A program made the position numbers and the translations under genes. Below the pieces are notes generated by a model. The model did not search any database. It was given only the letters and a program-made list of their open reading frames with translations, and was not told the DNA's origin. Below are positions 46,320-49,172 of a stretch of 49,172 nucleotides of DNA, piece after piece. The stretch comes from Candidatus Micrarchaeota archaeon (GTDB taxonomy: Archaea > Micrarchaeota > Micrarchaeia > Micrarchaeales > CABMGC01). The stretch's first letter is position 1. Each line of letters begins with the position of its first letter. The stretch lies in the NCBI GenBank assembly GCA_021810455.1, contig JAJZIU010000003.1, positions 1 to 49,172 on the forward strand, given 5' to 3'.

Positions 46320-48299
46320 TCACTGTGTTTGAGAGGTTCCCCTGAGTCTGCGTTTTGAGATTTCATGTGCGAGTACTCCTAAGATTATCACTACGACAAA
46401 TATGATTATGTCGGTTATAGATATGAATATGATTGATGCGTTTGATCCTCCTGATGCTTTTACGGGCATCGTGATTCCTAGATATGTTGCTTTTCCAAAG
46501 ATTTCACCATATGGTACATCATTAAAGTTAACAATGCCACTAGAACCAGAATACATGTGAATATCCGTACCATTACTGAAGTTAAGATCCAAAGAGGCAT
46601 TTACAGGAAGGTCAAAAATGTCACGAGTAGTTACTTTTACATTGTAGATAGGTAGGTTGATGTAAATTGTAGAATTATCACTTATTGTTTCATTGTTGTT
46701 TGATGCCATAAATGTGTTTTTGTAGTAAGCTCCATTTATCAAGTATGTGACGCCTTCAAAGAGGAAATTTTCTGTAGGACTTGGTTTGTTGTTTATTACT
46801 AAGGAAGTGGGGGTTAGTACATTGCCATACGCATCCTTTAAAAGTATAGGTACAAGATACTCGTTTCTGAATTGCGCGTTAAGTTCAATGGGATTTTTAA
46901 CAAGCACATTTGCACTGCTGTTTTTGATCCCATTGCTCCATGAAAAGAATGAGTATTTTTTGTTTTGAGTTATTGTAGTGGTGTTAGGATAAACAGAAAC
47001 ATGCGCATATGTATTGTTAATGTACCAGCCGGTCCCTGTAGTGTTACCGTATGGCGTAGTGACATTTACGAAGTATTGATCGTCCCACAAGGCAGTTATA
47101 TTAGCAGGTGAGTTTACTACAATGCTGCTTTGTGTTGATGGCGATCCCATGCTCCAGTTAGCAAATACGGATCGGTAAGTATGATTATGATAAATGGTTG
47201 TAGGACTTACACCGAATTGTGCATTTGAGTGCGCATCGTACCAGCCGGTTCCTGTAGTGTTACCGTATGGCGTAGTGACATTTACGAAGTATTGTGTGGT
47301 CCACGTTGCAACTTCTGTTATGTTACTATCCATACGTATTACAGTGTAGTTTGAAGATCCCGTGTAAGAACCGTAACCCGTCCCCGTCCATCCCGTGAAC
47401 TTTTCACGTGTATAATTATTAATGTAAATGTATTCTGGCACGCTTATTGGAACGCGAGTATAAGCAACGTAACCGAATAGACCACCGATCCCTGCGTATT
47501 TCGAAACGATATCAAGGCTGTATCCAAGACTCCATAGTTGTGTCCCGTCAATAGGTCTTGACAATCCAGAACCCACCATAAAGTAATTTGTTCTACTATC
47601 GTATTCCTGGACTCCGTAAGGGTCTTGAATATTGCGTTCACCTTGGGCTCCAAAACCTATGTATGAATAACCAGTAGCTGCGGGCTTGAAGCGCCCATTT
47701 TTGTAATATGACAGATTGTAGAAAGTGACAGGTTGTATGTATGGGGTTATACCTGTCGAATTGGCAAGTTCTCCAAACGCAACTGGTATCGATGGTCCGG
47801 ATGTTGCAGAGCCAAGATCGGCAGTGCCTTTTTCTTGCCCATTAACAAGAATGTGCCAGGTGGTTCCTGTTGAATAGAAAGAATATGTATTAGAAGTACC
47901 GTTCGCACCGGCGGAACCTTGAGGACCTATAGCCCCAAGAAATGAAGCGTTGGCATTGCTTGCTGGAAAATATTCATAGAACCATTCAGCTTGTCCGGCA
48001 TTTATGATCTGGGTCGTACATTCAGATAAATCACAAAGCAGGGGATAATTGGCAGTAGTATTGGTTATCAAATAACCGACTTGGAGAAATGCGCCATTCT
48101 GAAGATTTTCACCAACCCAGAATGCAAGAGATCCGCCATTTGTGTTTTGAGGAATGATGGTCTTTATTGTTATTGCAGTGCCATTGTTGAATGCTGAATC
48201 TATGCCGCCCCTAGCCCCAAACTGAAACCAGTAAGTTGCACTTACTGTGTTAAGTATAAGCAGAAACAAAATAACTGCAAATAGATTATACCCTCTCAT
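46320..48299 (-). CDS. Large membrane-anchored surface protein: eqolisin (peptidase G1/A4)-like N-domain, ~72-aa beta-rich repeats, C-terminal TM
   Basis: Signal peptide; AFWVG...FLQVG...EWFYE...AFGE; repeated QYFVNVTTPYGNTTGTGWY; hydrophobic tail followed by KRR. Confidence 0.7.
   Translation of the reverse strand: MRGYNLFAVILFLLILNTVSATYWFQFGARGGIDSAFNNGTAITIKTIIPQNTNGGSLAFWVGENLQNGAFLQVGYLITNTTANYPLLCDLSECTTQIINAGQAEWFYEYFPASNANASFLGAIGPQGSAGANGTSNTYSFYSTGTTWHILVNGQEKGTADLGSATSGPSIPVAFGELANSTGITPYIQPVTFYNLSYYKNGRFKPAATGYSYIGFGAQGERNIQDPYGVQEYDSRTNYFMVGSGLSRPIDGTQLWSLGYSLDIVSKYAGIGGLFGYVAYTRVPISVPEYIYINNYTREKFTGWTGTGYGSYTGSSNYTVIRMDSNITEVATWTTQYFVNVTTPYGNTTGTGWYDAHSNAQFGVSPTTIYHNHTYRSVFANWSMGSPSTQSSIVVNSPANITALWDDQYFVNVTTPYGNTTGTGWYINNTYAHVSVYPNTTTITQNKKYSFFSWSNGIKNSSANVLVKNPIELNAQFRNEYLVPILLKDAYGNVLTPTSLVINNKPSPTENFLFEGVTYLINGAYYKNTFMASNNNETISDNSTIYINLPIYNVKVTTRDIFDLPVNASLDLNFSNGTDIHMYSGSSGIVNFNDVPYGEIFGKATYLGITMPVKASGGSNASIIFISITDIIIFVVVIILGVLAHEISKRRLRGTSQTQ
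47022..47294. repeat. 57-bp direct repeat (47022-47078 and 47238-47294), 56/57 identical
   Basis: GTACCAGCCGGT(C/T)CCTGTAGTGTTACCGTATGGCGTAGTGACATTTACGAAGTATTG, period 216 bp. Confidence 0.92.
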
Positions 48300-49083
48300 A
48301 GTCTAAACCAAATTCATTTAGTGTATTTATGACTTTTGTTCTTTCATTGGAATTCATTCCCTTCCAATCAAGTATGGCAACTTCTACCTCAAGTCTGCTT
48401 CTTTCTATAGCCAAAGGTATCATATCAAAATTATCAGTGCCGTCCTTGTTATGGAAAGAGTGTCTAGACATTATGTGTCCAAAGGCATAGTTGCTTTCCA
48501 TAGATTTTTTGTAAAACTTTGATGGGTAATGATTTCCGCCTATGCCTATTGCTATTTTTTCATAACCTACGTCTTCGTCTTTTATCGAGTCGTAAGCCAG
48601 GTCACCAAGCAATGCAATAATGTAAGGGCGAGATGTTATCTCGTCATTGCCGCCAACTTCAACAAAAAGAGAAGGAGTGTTCAGAAGTGGACCGTGATGT
48701 GTTGCCTCGTATGTTTTTTGTATTTCTGGAATAGTGTTTGGCATGTGTTTTAACACGGAAAGCATCTCCGCAGGAGCAGAAACTGAAAGTTGTTTAGGCA
48801 TTCCACCAAGACTTGCATCTTTTGTGAAATTCCCAGTAGCGTGCGTGGTGAATGAAGCTATACCAGCAGAACTTTTGTGCCTGCTGACCATATACAGAAT
48901 ATCAAACCCTTCACTATCGGCTTTTTCATAATGTATGAGTTCTTCTTCAATGCCAATAAATGAAACCTTATCAAGCATACAACGATGGTTTTCATCTTCT
49001 TCAAGATCATATTTTTTGAATAGCGAAGCCATTGCATTTGAAGCTGTTAAGTCGCGTTTTGAATAAATTAGCCCTATCATCAA
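48286..49083 (-). CDS. dtdA: D-aminoacyl-tRNA deacylase, archaeal DTD2
   Basis: SRHKS, THATGN, EATHHGP, FVEVG, GGNHY. Confidence 0.92.
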   Translation of the reverse strand: MMIGLIYSKRDLTASNAMASLFKKYDLEEDENHRCMLDKVSFIGIEEELIHYEKADSEGFDILYMVSRHKSSAGIASFTTHATGNFTKDASLGGMPKQLSVSAPAEMLSVLKHMPNTIPEIQKTYEATHHGPLLNTPSLFVEVGGNDEITSRPYIIALLGDLAYDSIKDEDVGYEKIAIGIGGNHYPSKFYKKSMESNYAFGHIMSRHSFHNKDGTDNFDMIPLAIERSRLEVEVAILDWKGMNSNERTKVINTLNEFGLDYERV

Positions 49084-49172
49084 AAAAAGAATGCAGTTTA
49101 AGTTATAAATAAGGTTGCGTGTTTACAGGTATAGGATTTTATTATTATCTATGTAATATTATTTGTATTCCT

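Noticed and set aside
14009-48931. Numerous 60-180 aa antisense ORFs (e.g. 14009-14515, 34723-35262, 35503-36030, 42613-43107)
   Set aside because: They lie fully opposite well-supported genes, have Ser/Phe/Ile-rich shadow composition and show no motifs
1-49172. CRISPR array or cas genes
   Set aside because: No regularly spaced repeat-spacer series seen. The only RuvC protein is a TnpB bounded by IS ends

Overview
Compact, AT-rich archaeal chromosome segment, most likely DPANN/Micrarchaeota. This is inferred from the split RpoB and RpoA subunits, an intron-containing tRNA-Ile(UAU), bacterial-type synthetase domains and abutting or overlapping genes. Most of the window is housekeeping: rpoH-B''-B'-A'-A'', ThrRS, TrpRS, CysRS, MetRS, MCM, SRP54, KEOPS subunits, eS8, Rpp21, DTD2, pyrH, pyrE, argF, ahcY, and PiT, ZIP and ABC transporters. 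The first ~11.3 kb is accessory. It holds a pilin-signal beta-propeller gene (truncated by the window edge) and a Fic-HEAT protein preceded by a strongly structured, apparently antisense RNA region and a short upstream ORF. It also holds a 7-gene sulfate-activation/UDP-sulfoquinovose operon whose RHH regulator and CysD share a C-terminal LxALGY tail, and a TnpB-only IS1341-type element whose ends can be mapped to the base inside a cupin/oxidoreductase fusion remnant. Signals the ORF track misses: a probable CTG start for MetRS, a 26-aa Lys-rich histone-H1-like micro-ORF, an orphan 3' portion of tRNA-Val(CAC) next to tRNA-Ile, and a 57-bp near-perfect repeat inside a surface protein. All calls come from reading motifs by eye; no searches were run.
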